Origin: Candidatus Dojkabacteria bacterium
Lineage (GTDB): Bacteria; Patescibacteriota; Dojkabacteria; B142; WJKM01
Assembly: GCA_014729085.1 (NCBI GenBank)
Contig: WJKM01000006.1
Location: 88,016 to 152,015, forward strand
Length of the DNA stretch: 64,000 nucleotides
Direction: 5' to 3'
The notes below the pieces were generated by a model, which was not told the origin of the DNA, made no database searches, and worked only from the letters and a program-made list of their open reading frames with translations. Below, piece after piece: positions 39,952 to 49,086 of this stretch (its first letter is position 1; every line of letters begins with the position of its first letter). Both the position numbers and the translations under genes were made by a program.

Positions 39952-41064
39952 ATGGGTAAGGTTAAAAAACAAAAAACATTTAACTATGAACTTGCACATA
40001 ATGAAAAGAACCATGTTAAAATTAATCAACATTCAATTATTAATTCAATTATTAATAGATTCTCTGTGGGGAAAAAAATTGCAATTGATTTAGGTACAGC
40101 CAATTCACATGTTTTTTTAGAAGGAAAGGGTATTGTAGTCAGTGAGCCAACTGTTGTTGCCTATTCCAAAACAGACAAGAAGATTGTTGCGATTGGATTG
40201 GAAGCTAAAAAAATGTTAGGAAAATCTCCTGGGGATATTATCGTAAAAAGGCCTTTAAAACAAGGTGTAATAGCCAGCTATAAACTTACAGAAGCTCTAC
40301 TGAAAGGTTTAATACAACAAGCTTTAGGTAGATTTATTTTTGTGAAACCAGAAATTATGGTTGCTGTACCTGCTGGTTTGACTTCCGTAGAGGAAAGGGC
40401 GGTTATGGAAGCTGTAAACTCTGCTGGTGCTTCAAAGATATATTTAATTCCAGAGCCAATAGCTGCGGCAATCGGGGCTAAACTTCCAATAAGTTCATCA
40501 TCCGGAAATATGATAGTAAACATGGGAGGAGGCACAGCTGAGATTGCTGTACTTTCTATGAATGGAATTGTAACTTGTATGTCAAAAAGACTAGCAGGAG
40601 ATGCGGTAAATGACTCAATAATATCTTACGTGAAGAAAAAACATAAACTAGTAGTTGGAGAACAAATGGCAGAAAAAGTAAAGATAAGGTTGGGAAGTGC
40701 TATTAAAATGTCAGAACCTTTAAGTATGGAGATTAGGGGAAGTGATTCAACAACTGGCCTCCCAAGAAGCATAGAGTTGGACTCCAACGATATTGTTGAA
40801 CCTATCCGAGATGTAATGAACGAAATAATAAAATCAATTAAGGAAGTATTAGAGTCCACTCCTCCTGAGCTTGCATCGGATATTATTGACAGAGGAATAG
40901 TTTTATCTGGAGGTACATCACTAATTCGTGATATTGATAGATTGTTTAGAGAGGCTTTGGATGTTCCAGCCCATGTTGTCGAAAACCCATTAACTTCTGT
41001 AGTAGAAGGAGTAGCAGAAGCTCTTGATAATATTGATATTTTAAAACGTATTCTAAAAACTTAA
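39952..41064 (+). CDS. mreB: Rod-shape-determining actin homolog MreB, with an N-terminal extension of about 40 aa.
   Basis: 'IAIDLGTANSHVFLEGKGIVVSEPTVVAY' and 'NMGGGTAEIAVLS'. Actin-fold phosphate loops are present. Confidence 0.88.
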   Translation: MGKVKKQKTFNYELAHNEKNHVKINQHSIINSIINRFSVGKKIAIDLGTANSHVFLEGKGIVVSEPTVVAYSKTDKKIVAIGLEAKKMLGKSPGDIIVKRPLKQGVIASYKLTEALLKGLIQQALGRFIFVKPEIMVAVPAGLTSVEERAVMEAVNSAGASKIYLIPEPIAAAIGAKLPISSSSGNMIVNMGGGTAEIAVLSMNGIVTCMSKRLAGDAVNDSIISYVKKKHKLVVGEQMAEKVKIRLGSAIKMSEPLSMEIRGSDSTTGLPRSIELDSNDIVEPIRDVMNEIIKSIKEVLESTPPELASDIIDRGIVLSGGTSLIRDIDRLFREALDVPAHVVENPLTSVVEGVAEALDNIDILKRILKT

Positions 41065-41066
41065 AT

Positions 41067-42035
41067 TTATAGTTTAAAAAACATTTTTAAAATTTTTTTT
41101 GGGATTTGAAGGCTTTCTTTCATGTCTGCAAAGTAGTGTATATAAATATTCGGACATCCATTATTTTCGTTTATATATCCTCCTACTTTTTTGTAGGATT
41201 CATATATATTTTCAGTAATATAATCAATACCACACAGATTCAACTTGCTGTATTTGAAAACCTCAAGAAACATTTTCTTTGTATCAGGATGAATTTTTTT
41301 AATATCTATTCTTTTTGTTTCTCCTCCTAATGCGAAGTTACAGGTTGGACGTACTTCAACTTTATGCCCTTTTTTTAATACAGAGTTCAAGTTTAGCTTT
41401 TGATCTTGAAGGAAGTTTTCCACTGTTTTATCTACTTGAATTAATTTTAGTCTCAATTTTTCTCTTTCTTTGTTTTTTGACGCTATTAATTCTTTGATTG
41501 ATTTTTCTCCGTCTCCAATTACATATGGGGGAATTCTTTTTAGTACATCTAGAATCTTATTCCGGTAGATTAAAATTCGGTAATCTGTTCCTTTTACATA
41601 GTCTTCAACCAAAACCTTTTTCTTACCTATTAAAGAAACCTCTTGTATAGCAGGCTCGATTTCATCTGTGGAGTTTATGTTGACGGTAACACCTTTTCCT
41701 AAACTGGAATCCTCAGGTTTAATAACTACTGGAAAGTTTTGCTCACAATAACCAATGATTTTGTCGGTTTCGTCTATTTCGAACAATTTTTGTTTTGGGA
41801 CGGGAAGATCGTTCTTGTGTAGTATTCTGTAGGTTAGATGTTTGTTTTCAGCTGTCCGAATCGGGACATAGTTATTTACACCTAAAGTTATTCCTCGAAT
41901 ATATAGTTCCTTTTCATCATTATATATTCTACAGTAAGAATATTCCTTATCATATATTTCAATATTCAGTTTTAGCTTCTCGGCTGCAGAAAGATAAATA
42001 TCAGTATCAATATACGAAACTTTTTTTGCAATCAT
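41067..42035 (-). CDS. ATP-grasp amidoligase (RimK/cyanophycin-synthetase-like), paralog A, 322 aa.
   Basis: 'FPVVIKPEDSSLGKGVTVNI' (K-P-x-x-G-x-G ATP loop), 'YRILIYRNKILDVLKRIPPYVIGDGEKSIKELI', and 'NLCGIDYI' (Mg-binding region). Confidence 0.7.
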   Translation of the reverse strand: MIAKKVSYIDTDIYLSAAEKLKLNIEIYDKEYSYCRIYNDEKELYIRGITLGVNNYVPIRTAENKHLTYRILHKNDLPVPKQKLFEIDETDKIIGYCEQNFPVVIKPEDSSLGKGVTVNINSTDEIEPAIQEVSLIGKKKVLVEDYVKGTDYRILIYRNKILDVLKRIPPYVIGDGEKSIKELIASKNKEREKLRLKLIQVDKTVENFLQDQKLNLNSVLKKGHKVEVRPTCNFALGGETKRIDIKKIHPDTKKMFLEVFKYSKLNLCGIDYITENIYESYKKVGGYINENNGCPNIYIHYFADMKESLQIPKKILKMFFKL

Positions 42036-42041
42036 ATTGTA

Positions 42042-43010
42042 TTATTTAAAATATAGACTTAAGATTTTCATTGGAATTGTTATATTGTCTAGTTTATCTG
42101 CAAAATGGTGGATGCTTATTCCAGGATTATAGTTTACTTCATTTACACCAGAGGTAATTTCTTTATATGGTTTTTTGATGTCTGGAGATATGTAGTCTAT
42201 ACCGCAATGGTCTAAAAATAAGATTTTCTGTATTTTTTTGAAGAGATGCAGATTTTCTTTAGGTACTTCGTGTATATTTATTCTTCGGACCTCTCCTCCT
42301 TTTGAAAAATTACAGGAACTTCTAAGATAGATTTTAGAGCCTGAAGAGGGAATAGTTTTAAGGTCATATCCTTGTAAACTGATAAATTCATTTAAATGCT
42401 CATCTATAACTATTTTCGGCATAATTTTTTCTGTTCGGGAGTGATTTTTATCAAGAATTAATTCTTCTACTGTATTGTTGCCATTCCCTGTTATATAAGC
42501 AGGGATTCTTTCGAGAATATCAATAATCTTGCCTTGAAAAACTAAAATTCTATAATCTTTTCCTTTTATATGTTTTTCTAAGATCAATCTTTGCTTTCCC
42601 ATATCTTCAATAATTTTAATTGCGACATCTAGTTCTTCAGGATTTTGTATATTTGCAGTAACACCTTTTCCACATACTCCTGTTACTGGTTTAACCACAA
42701 CTGGAAAATTATTATTAGCAAGATTATGCATTTGATCTTTGTAATTAATATCAAAAACTTTACAGAAAGAGGGAGTAGGAATATTATTCTTAGTAAGAAA
42801 TTTATGTGTAGTATACTTATCTTTTGATATTCTACATGCTGAAATACTATTTATTCCCAGAGCAGCGTTTTGTATTAAAAGGTATTTTTTACCATTTCCT
42901 ATTTTGCATATACTTCGTTGAGTATCAAGTATCTCAAAATCTAGTCCAATTTCTTCTGCAGCCATTATATATAAATTGGTATGCCTACTTTCTGTAAAAG
43001 GTTTAATCAT
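42042..43010 (-). CDS. ATP-grasp amidoligase, paralog B, 322 aa, arranged in tandem with paralog A.
   Basis: 'FPVVVKPVTGVCGKGVTANI', 'YRILVFQGKIIDILERIPAYITGNGNNTVEELI' and 'DHCGIDYI'. Same length and collinear motifs with paralog A. Confidence 0.7.
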   Translation of the reverse strand: MIKPFTESRHTNLYIMAAEEIGLDFEILDTQRSICKIGNGKKYLLIQNAALGINSISACRISKDKYTTHKFLTKNNIPTPSFCKVFDINYKDQMHNLANNNFPVVVKPVTGVCGKGVTANIQNPEELDVAIKIIEDMGKQRLILEKHIKGKDYRILVFQGKIIDILERIPAYITGNGNNTVEELILDKNHSRTEKIMPKIVIDEHLNEFISLQGYDLKTIPSSGSKIYLRSSCNFSKGGEVRRINIHEVPKENLHLFKKIQKILFLDHCGIDYISPDIKKPYKEITSGVNEVNYNPGISIHHFADKLDNITIPMKILSLYFK

Positions 43011-43073
43011 ATGTCCTAATTAACTTAAATAAAGTGATTATTTATGAGATTCTCCTGAAATAAGGAGTATTAT

Positions 43074-45521
43074 TTATAAAGAGTAGTTTGCTTTTAGTAC
43101 TTTTTTTACATCTTTGATTGAAATAGGGGTGGAGGAGTCTGATGGTTTAGTAAATTCCATTAACTCATTTGGGTTTGCCTTCCCATTCCATAAATAGCCT
43201 AGGGATTTTGGGTTATTAACAATATATTGCCCAGTTTTTATGGCCCATTTCAAATAAAGATCTTTGGTAAAAGCTCCACTACTAGATGTATCTGATATAC
43301 CTCTCTTGAATCTTACTGTGTAGTTCCAAGCTTTGTTTTCGTCTTGGATGTATTTATATGCTTTGTTGTAAACAGCTTTAAAATCCGAAATCAAGGAGGT
43401 GTTCATTAATATAATAAGTAAGCTTGGGATTTTAAAGACTTTGTCTTTTTTTCTTGAGTGGCCTACTATTGTAGCTAGCCCTTCTTCTGTAATTATATAA
43501 CGTGGGGTACCTATTTTCCAAATTAATTCCTTCTTTTTCTTCCCATTATGCAGCCGTAATAAGTGTGTGAGTATTTCATGTCCTATTGCATTGTTTAGTT
43601 GATCTTCACTCCTACCACGGTTTTCTGGTAGTTTTATTCTTCCAGAACTTTTTCCTATAGACATTTTAGTTCTCTTATCGCTAAATTTAATAGGATAATC
43701 GAGTTTGTATTTGTCGAGAGCTTCCTGCATTCTTTTTCCTACTTCTCGGGCAGGGATCTCTGGATTCTTATCTATTGTTATTTTATGATTCTTAAGGATT
43801 TTTCTAGCAAGTCTCCTTATTTTACGGTTAGGTTGCCCAAAAAGTTCAATTGATCTTTGAGTAAAGGTATGTGGGTCATGTCCAATTGTTTCCATTAAAT
43901 ATACCATTTTTTTATATTCTTTAATTTTGTTTCTATAGATTCGTCCTATACTGTCAAATGGAGGATTTAAAAGTTCTAGTTTGTCAAGTATTTTATCTGG
44001 ATCAAATTTTAAAGGTTTGTATTCAAATTGTGGATTATAATCACAATTTTTCTTGAAAAACTTTTCTTTTTCTTCTTTAACATTCCGAGGTCTTAATGCA
44101 GGAATAATGCTTAATATTTTATTGAATTCTTCGAATGCTTCATCCAATTTTTTAATTTTAGTTGGTTTGAGCAATGCATAAATATTTTCTTTTAATTTAC
44201 TTTCCTCTGGACCCTCGATTTTTTTAACGTCAATTATGAAATTCCCTAGATCTTTTCTTCCTATTGACAGATTATAACCTTTGATTTGATCATTTATTAT
44301 CCTGCATTCACAATCAATTGTTTGATTGCCTAATTTTATTTTTATAAATACTATCTCGTACTCACCTTCCTCTACCTTTTCTTCCAGAATGCCAAGTTTC
44401 ATAGCTATTTGGGAACTAATGATCGAGGTTCTTCGGCTTGTATCAACCAAACTCATTGTTTGAACTTTTTTATCTTTGAAAATTATAGTCGCGGGCATTA
44501 TATTACTAATAATTTCTTTTCCAGAGATCCTTTCTATTTTTTCTTCAACTTCACCACCAAACAGATCTTTTCCTATTCTTATACCATGATCAGAATTTTT
44601 AACTTCCAGACCTTTAGCTTTATACAGTCTCCAAGCAAGGCCTCTTCTGTTTACTATTTGAATAGATAATCCGGGCCTTGCATTAAGTTCTACAATGACA
44701 GGTCCTTTTTCATTATCTATAAGGAAGTCAACAGCTCCAAAATTAAGTCCGGAAGCGTCAATAGCTTTAGAGGCGTATTTTAAGATTTCGTTCCAATGGG
44801 GAATTTCTAGTCCCTGGAATGGTAGTTTTGTTCCAGGTACAAATTCAATCGGATATCCTTTCCCCCCACTTCCTTTTCCATAAGTAGAAGTAGTAGTAAT
44901 GCCGCTTGCAAGGTCTATACCAGTACCAACAGCGCCTTTTATCATATTAGCCTTTCCTTTTGATTCTTTTGTAGGAAATCGAACATAGGCCATTATAGGA
45001 ATTTTATTGTATGTTACAACTCTTATATCGGGAGTTCCTTTATAAGTGTAGTTTTTTAGGTCATCATGTGTTCGTATTCTTTCCTCAAAAAAAGCTTGAT
45101 CCGGTTCGTTTCTAAGGGAATATTTTCCATCAAGTATTTCCAGGGCCATGCTTTTAATTTGATATGCAGATACTCTGCTACCATCGGATTTAATCCAATT
45201 TCCGTTTTTGTCTCTATTATAAAAAATTTCGATACCCGCTCCTTGTGCCCCCTGTACTGGTTTCATGACAAAACTTGCAGGTAATTTGTTCCAGTTGAAT
45301 GCTTCAAATTCTGAATAATCCTTTATGACTCCCAGTAATTCTGGTGAGGGAATATTTTCTGAAGCCAATATTTTTTTTGTAAGTAATTTATCGTCAGCAA
45401 TTTTCCTGCCTCTGGTATTACCTTCTTTTTGTATGAATAGTAGATTTCTCGCATTTTGTCCGAGAACCTTATTTCTATTCCTCAGTATTTGAAAGATTGT
45501 CATCTTCGTTTTTAGGATCAA
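43074..45521 (-). CDS. Tri-domain fusion: RimK-type ATP-grasp ligase, retropepsin-like (PF05618-type) protease, and MATCAP/DUF1704-like HExxH metallocarboxypeptidase.
   Basis: N-terminal domain: 'NARNLLFI...ADDKLLTKKIL', 'SFVMKPVQGAQGAGIEIF' and 'GAVDFLIDNEKGPVIVELNARPGLSIQ'. Middle domain: 'SLVDTSRRTSII...SIGRKDLGNFIIDV'. C-terminal domain: 'AIGHEILTHLL' (HExxH) and 'EEGLATIVGH' (QEGLA-type motif). Confidence 0.7.
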   Translation of the reverse strand: MILKTKMTIFQILRNRNKVLGQNARNLLFIQKEGNTRGRKIADDKLLTKKILASENIPSPELLGVIKDYSEFEAFNWNKLPASFVMKPVQGAQGAGIEIFYNRDKNGNWIKSDGSRVSAYQIKSMALEILDGKYSLRNEPDQAFFEERIRTHDDLKNYTYKGTPDIRVVTYNKIPIMAYVRFPTKESKGKANMIKGAVGTGIDLASGITTTSTYGKGSGGKGYPIEFVPGTKLPFQGLEIPHWNEILKYASKAIDASGLNFGAVDFLIDNEKGPVIVELNARPGLSIQIVNRRGLAWRLYKAKGLEVKNSDHGIRIGKDLFGGEVEEKIERISGKEIISNIMPATIIFKDKKVQTMSLVDTSRRTSIISSQIAMKLGILEEKVEEGEYEIVFIKIKLGNQTIDCECRIINDQIKGYNLSIGRKDLGNFIIDVKKIEGPEESKLKENIYALLKPTKIKKLDEAFEEFNKILSIIPALRPRNVKEEKEKFFKKNCDYNPQFEYKPLKFDPDKILDKLELLNPPFDSIGRIYRNKIKEYKKMVYLMETIGHDPHTFTQRSIELFGQPNRKIRRLARKILKNHKITIDKNPEIPAREVGKRMQEALDKYKLDYPIKFSDKRTKMSIGKSSGRIKLPENRGRSEDQLNNAIGHEILTHLLRLHNGKKKKELIWKIGTPRYIITEEGLATIVGHSRKKDKVFKIPSLLIILMNTSLISDFKAVYNKAYKYIQDENKAWNYTVRFKRGISDTSSSGAFTKDLYLKWAIKTGQYIVNNPKSLGYLWNGKANPNELMEFTKPSDSSTPISIKDVKKVLKANYSL

Positions 45522-46200
45522 TTAGTAAGTCATAGAAACGGAAATATTCAGTTAATCTTAATCCTGTGAATTTCCCAATAAATAGGTTTATAGGGATTAA
45601 TAGTATTATAACCCAAGGATAATTAAGGAGAATATTTTGTAGGGATTCATTTGCGATAATTGTTAAACATATACTTGTTATCAAAATACTTCTAATGATA
45701 ATTTGAAAAGTCTTTTTTATACCACTTTTAATATGCACTTTGAGTAATTGTTCTGAAATTATTATTAGGAGTACTACATTTAAAGGATTTATTTGAACTA
45801 ATAGTTGGTCTGAAAGTTTACGTGCTATTGCCATTACAATGAAGATAGCAATTGTTGATGAGATTAAAATTAGGGATATTTTAGGATAATAATGTAATTG
45901 AATTTTTTTCGTAAGTAGATATGAGATAAAAATTGCTGCATAGGATGAAAAAATCAAGAGTGTACCATAGCTAATTCCTAGAAACAGGTCAGGTTTATTA
46001 TTGAAAGTCAATGTACTTCCTAAGGAGTAAAAAAGGAAAATGGTAGCTATAGTTGCATATATGCTTATCGTTCTTAAACCAATCAAATATCTAAAGATAT
46101 TAATAACAGTCATTATCAAAGGAATAGAAAGGAGAAAGCTTAAAGTAATTATTGTTTCTTCTCCTCCTTGTAGGAGGGTTTCAATTAAAGGATGATACAT
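45475..46200 (-). CDS. Polytopic membrane protein with about 7 TM segments (7TM_transglut-like partner). Its 3' end overlaps the start of the fusion gene by 47 nt.
   Basis: Seven hydrophobic segments in 241 aa. First gene of the minus-strand ATP-grasp operon. Confidence 0.6.
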   Translation of the reverse strand: MYHPLIETLLQGGEETIITLSFLLSIPLIMTVINIFRYLIGLRTISIYATIATIFLFYSLGSTLTFNNKPDLFLGISYGTLLIFSSYAAIFISYLLTKKIQLHYYPKISLILISSTIAIFIVMAIARKLSDQLLVQINPLNVVLLIIISEQLLKVHIKSGIKKTFQIIIRSILITSICLTIIANESLQNILLNYPWVIILLIPINLFIGKFTGLRLTEYFRFYDLLIDPKNEDDNLSNTEE

Positions 46201-46417
46201 GACCAGAGATATAAAAAATATTGTTCACTTTGAGGGCTCTTAAGCACATAATCCTCGCTACGCTCGGAATTATTTGCCTTCATCCTGTAAAACAGGATTT
46301 CGGCAGCTTGTACAGAAAAATGTAGATTATTAATAATTTACATTTTCCGTAACAATGAACCGTTTTATCTAGAGAAAAGATTAAATAAATATAATCAATT
46401 ATATTATAAATACAGAA

Positions 46418-46450
46418 AGACCCCAAATATTCTTGGGGTCTTCTTTATTA
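46418..46450 (-). terminator. Rho-independent terminator downstream of rplL.
   Basis: Minus-strand read: 'gaccccaa gaatat ttggggtc' followed by 'tttctgtattta'. Confidence 0.7.
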
Positions 46451-46468
46451 GTACAAAGTAGTAATCTA

Positions 46469-47032
46469 TTATTTGAGTTCAACTTTTGCTCCGGCTTCTT
46501 CCAATTGTTTCTTTAATTCTTCAGCTTCTTCTTTTCCAACACCTTCTTTAATTGGTTTTGGTGCGCTTTCTACTAATTCCTTAGCGTCTTTCAATCCTAC
46601 TCCTGTAATTGCCTTTACAGCCTTAATTACTTGAATTTTATTACCGCCTGCTTCTGCAAGAACAACGTCAAATGTAGATTGTTCCTCATCTTCTCCTTTG
46701 CCACTTTCTGCTGGTGCAGCCATAACTGCAGCTGGAGCAGATGCAGAGACTCCAAATTTTTCTTCTAGAGCTTTGACTAATTCGGATAATTCGAGGACAG
46801 TCATATTTTCAAGCATATCGGCAATTTTTTTTGAGTCTCCTTTAAGCTCTACTTCTTTTTTCTCTTCTTTCTTCTCCTCTTTGTCTTTACTTGAAGTATC
46901 CTTTTTGCTTTTACTTTCTTTTTCCTCTTTCTTTTCTTCCTTCTTTTGTTCTTCCTCCTTTTTTACATCCTTGTCATCCTTTTTCTTTTCCGCAGCTTCT
47001 GCTGCTTTTTTATCTTTTTTATCGTCTGCCAT
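46469..47032 (-). CDS. rplL: 50S ribosomal protein L7/L12 with a K/E-rich N-terminal extension of about 65 aa.
   Basis: Canonical core '[18 protein letters not shown]...[67 protein letters not shown]'. It is preceded by '[59 protein letters not shown]'. Confidence 0.88.
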   Translation of the reverse strand: MADDKKDKKAAEAAEKKKDDKDVKKEEEQKKEEKKEEKESKSKKDTSSKDKEEKKEEKKEVELKGDSKKIADMLENMTVLELSELVKALEEKFGVSASAPAAVMAAPAESGKGEDEEQSTFDVVLAEAGGNKIQVIKAVKAITGVGLKDAKELVESAPKPIKEGVGKEEAEELKKQLEEAGAKVELK

Positions 47033-47097
47033 AATATTTTAATAATAAATAATATAATTTAGATCTTAGTTTTTCAGATCTAGATTTTACTGAAAAA

Positions 47098-47622
47098 TTA
47101 TTTTTCTTTTTGTTCTTTTATTGCATTAACTATGTTTCCAAAGTTTCTTATGGTTCCTGCCAAAACATTTACAAAGCCATTAATTGGGGCATTCATAGTT
47201 CCAATAGTTTGAGCCAGCATTACTTCGTAACTTGGTAATGTAGCGAGTTCTAAGATTTCTTCAGCTTCTACTTTTTGATCTTCAATATAACCAAATTGAA
47301 ATTTAAGTATATCCTTATTTTCATCAATAAAATTTTTAATTACCTTTGCAGATTCACTAGTTTTATCGCTTGAGAATACTACGGCTTTTGGGTTTTGTTC
47401 TATGTCGTCTTCTTCTATTGAAAATTCAGATAAAGCAAGTTTAAAAAGTGAATTTTTTATTACATTAAAAGATGAATCTAAGTCAAAAAGAGATTTTTTG
47501 ATCTCAACTGCTTGGTTAGCAGTTAAAGCATTTTGTTCCAATACAAAAAATGCTTTTGAATGTTTAAGTTTTTCAACATATTCATTTACAAGTTGTTTTT
47601 TTTGTTCTCTAGTTCTTGCCAT
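47098..47622 (-). CDS. rplJ: 50S ribosomal protein L10.
   Basis: 'MARTREQKKQLVNEYVEKLKHSKAFFV' fits the L10 N-terminus. Gene order is rplJ then rplL. Confidence 0.85.
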   Translation of the reverse strand: MARTREQKKQLVNEYVEKLKHSKAFFVLEQNALTANQAVEIKKSLFDLDSSFNVIKNSLFKLALSEFSIEEDDIEQNPKAVVFSSDKTSESAKVIKNFIDENKDILKFQFGYIEDQKVEAEEILELATLPSYEVMLAQTIGTMNAPINGFVNVLAGTIRNFGNIVNAIKEQKEK

Positions 47623-47651
47623 ATTATTTAATTAAAAAAGTAAATAATTTT

Positions 47652-47677
47652 TTGACCAAATAAAAAACCGTCTTTGC
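47652..47677 (-). terminator. Hairpin plus U-run attenuator/terminator in the rplJ leader, between rplA and rplJ.
   Basis: Minus-strand read: 'accgtctcgcaaagacggt' followed by 'tttttt'. Confidence 0.6.
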
Positions 47678-47801
47678 GAGACGGTATATTAAGAATACAA
47701 CTAAGTATTTTCTTATACGTCTCGGCTAGTCTTATTTTCTGCTAGCTGTCTTTGACGAATTTGAACCTTTTGGGCTCAAAATTGTTGTTAATTATATCTT
47801 T

Positions 47802-48500
47802 TTATTTAATTTCTTTCAACACATCGGAAGTATCAACCTTTATTGCAGGCCCCATTGTTGCAGATAGTATTACATCCTTAAGTCTTTGGGGTCCATAAAT
47901 TCTTGTTTCTGTATAGGTTTTTTTCAGAAATGCAATTAAATTTTCTTTTTGTTCATCCTTTTTCATATCAAGTTTAGCAATTTTTGCTTTAATGGATCCG
48001 TGATCATCTACTTTGAAATTCATTTTCCCTGCTTTATAATTTTTTATGACCTTCTCTAAATCCTCAGTTACAGTATTATTTTTGGGATTTGGCATCAAGC
48101 CTTTCGGTCCGAGAACTGGGCCTAGTGAGGCTACTTTAGGCATTACATTAGGAGTTGCAATTAAAATATCAAACTCGCTATATCCTTCTTTTAGTTTTTC
48201 AATTAATTCATCTAACCCAACTTCGTCTGCTCCTGCCTCCTTTGCTATTTTTTGATCTTTCTTTTCGGCAATTACTACAATTTTCTTTTCTGTGTCCATT
48301 TGGTGGGGCAGAGTAATACTACCTCTAACTGAATCATTTTTCCGTTTAGAAGGTATATTAAAATTTACTACTAAATCCAATGACCCTACAAAATTTGAAT
48401 AGGAAGTTTTGTTTACAAGCTCTATAGCTTCATCGACTGAATAATGTTTTTTCCTGTCTATGAGTTTTAAGCTTTCTTTATATTTTTTTGACCTATGCAT
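47802..48500 (-). CDS. rplA: 50S ribosomal protein L1.
   Basis: 'YSVDEAIELVNKTSYSNFVGSLDLVVNFNI' L1 signature. Confidence 0.88.
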   Translation of the reverse strand: MHRSKKYKESLKLIDRKKHYSVDEAIELVNKTSYSNFVGSLDLVVNFNIPSKRKNDSVRGSITLPHQMDTEKKIVVIAEKKDQKIAKEAGADEVGLDELIEKLKEGYSEFDILIATPNVMPKVASLGPVLGPKGLMPNPKNNTVTEDLEKVIKNYKAGKMNFKVDDHGSIKAKIAKLDMKKDEQKENLIAFLKKTYTETRIYGPQRLKDVILSATMGPAIKVDTSDVLKEIK

Positions 48501-48617
48501 TGTAATTATTTAAAAAATTAAACCTCCTAATTTAGCTTTCCAGATCTAAAAGAAATTGATCCAGCTAAATTAGTACAAATGGTGATTATAATAATTTGTG
48601 GTTGTTGAAATGAGATA

Positions 48618-49049
48618 CTATTCTTTCTCAATTTCCAGTCCCATACTTTTGGCAGTTCCTTCAACAATTTTCATTGCAGATTCAATATTTTTTGTGTTCA
48701 AGTCGTCAATTTTCTTCTCTGCAATATCACGTATTTGCTTTTTTGTAAGTTTTCCAACTTTGATTTGATTTGGTTCAGCGGAACCTTTTTTTAATCCTAT
48801 TTCTTTTTGAATCAAGTTTGCGGTTGGAATACCTTTGAGTTCAATTTCAAAGGTTCTATCTTTATATACTTTAAGTTCGCAGCGAACTTGATAGCCCATA
48901 TGCTTTTTTGTCATATCGTTAAATCTATTACAAAAATCCTGGATGGGTACTCCGTGTTGCCCCAAGGCAGGCCCAATTGGCGGTGCAGGAGTTGCCTTAC
49001 CAGCTTCAATTTGTAATTTCATTATTGTTTTTATTTGTTTTTTTGCCAT
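48618..49049 (-). CDS. rplK: 50S ribosomal protein L11.
   Basis: 'KLQIEAGKATPAPPIGPALGQHGV' L11 N-terminal signature. Confidence 0.9.
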   Translation of the reverse strand: MAKKQIKTIMKLQIEAGKATPAPPIGPALGQHGVPIQDFCNRFNDMTKKHMGYQVRCELKVYKDRTFEIELKGIPTANLIQKEIGLKKGSAEPNQIKVGKLTKKQIRDIAEKKIDDLNTKNIESAMKIVEGTAKSMGLEIEKE

Positions 49050-49086
49050 AACATTTACAAAAATTATTTTAATTCAGAATTTAAGT

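Noticed and set aside
46698-47042. 114-aa S/F-rich ORF on the plus strand.
   Set aside because: It is the antisense of the K/E-rich rplL extension and a low-complexity artefact.
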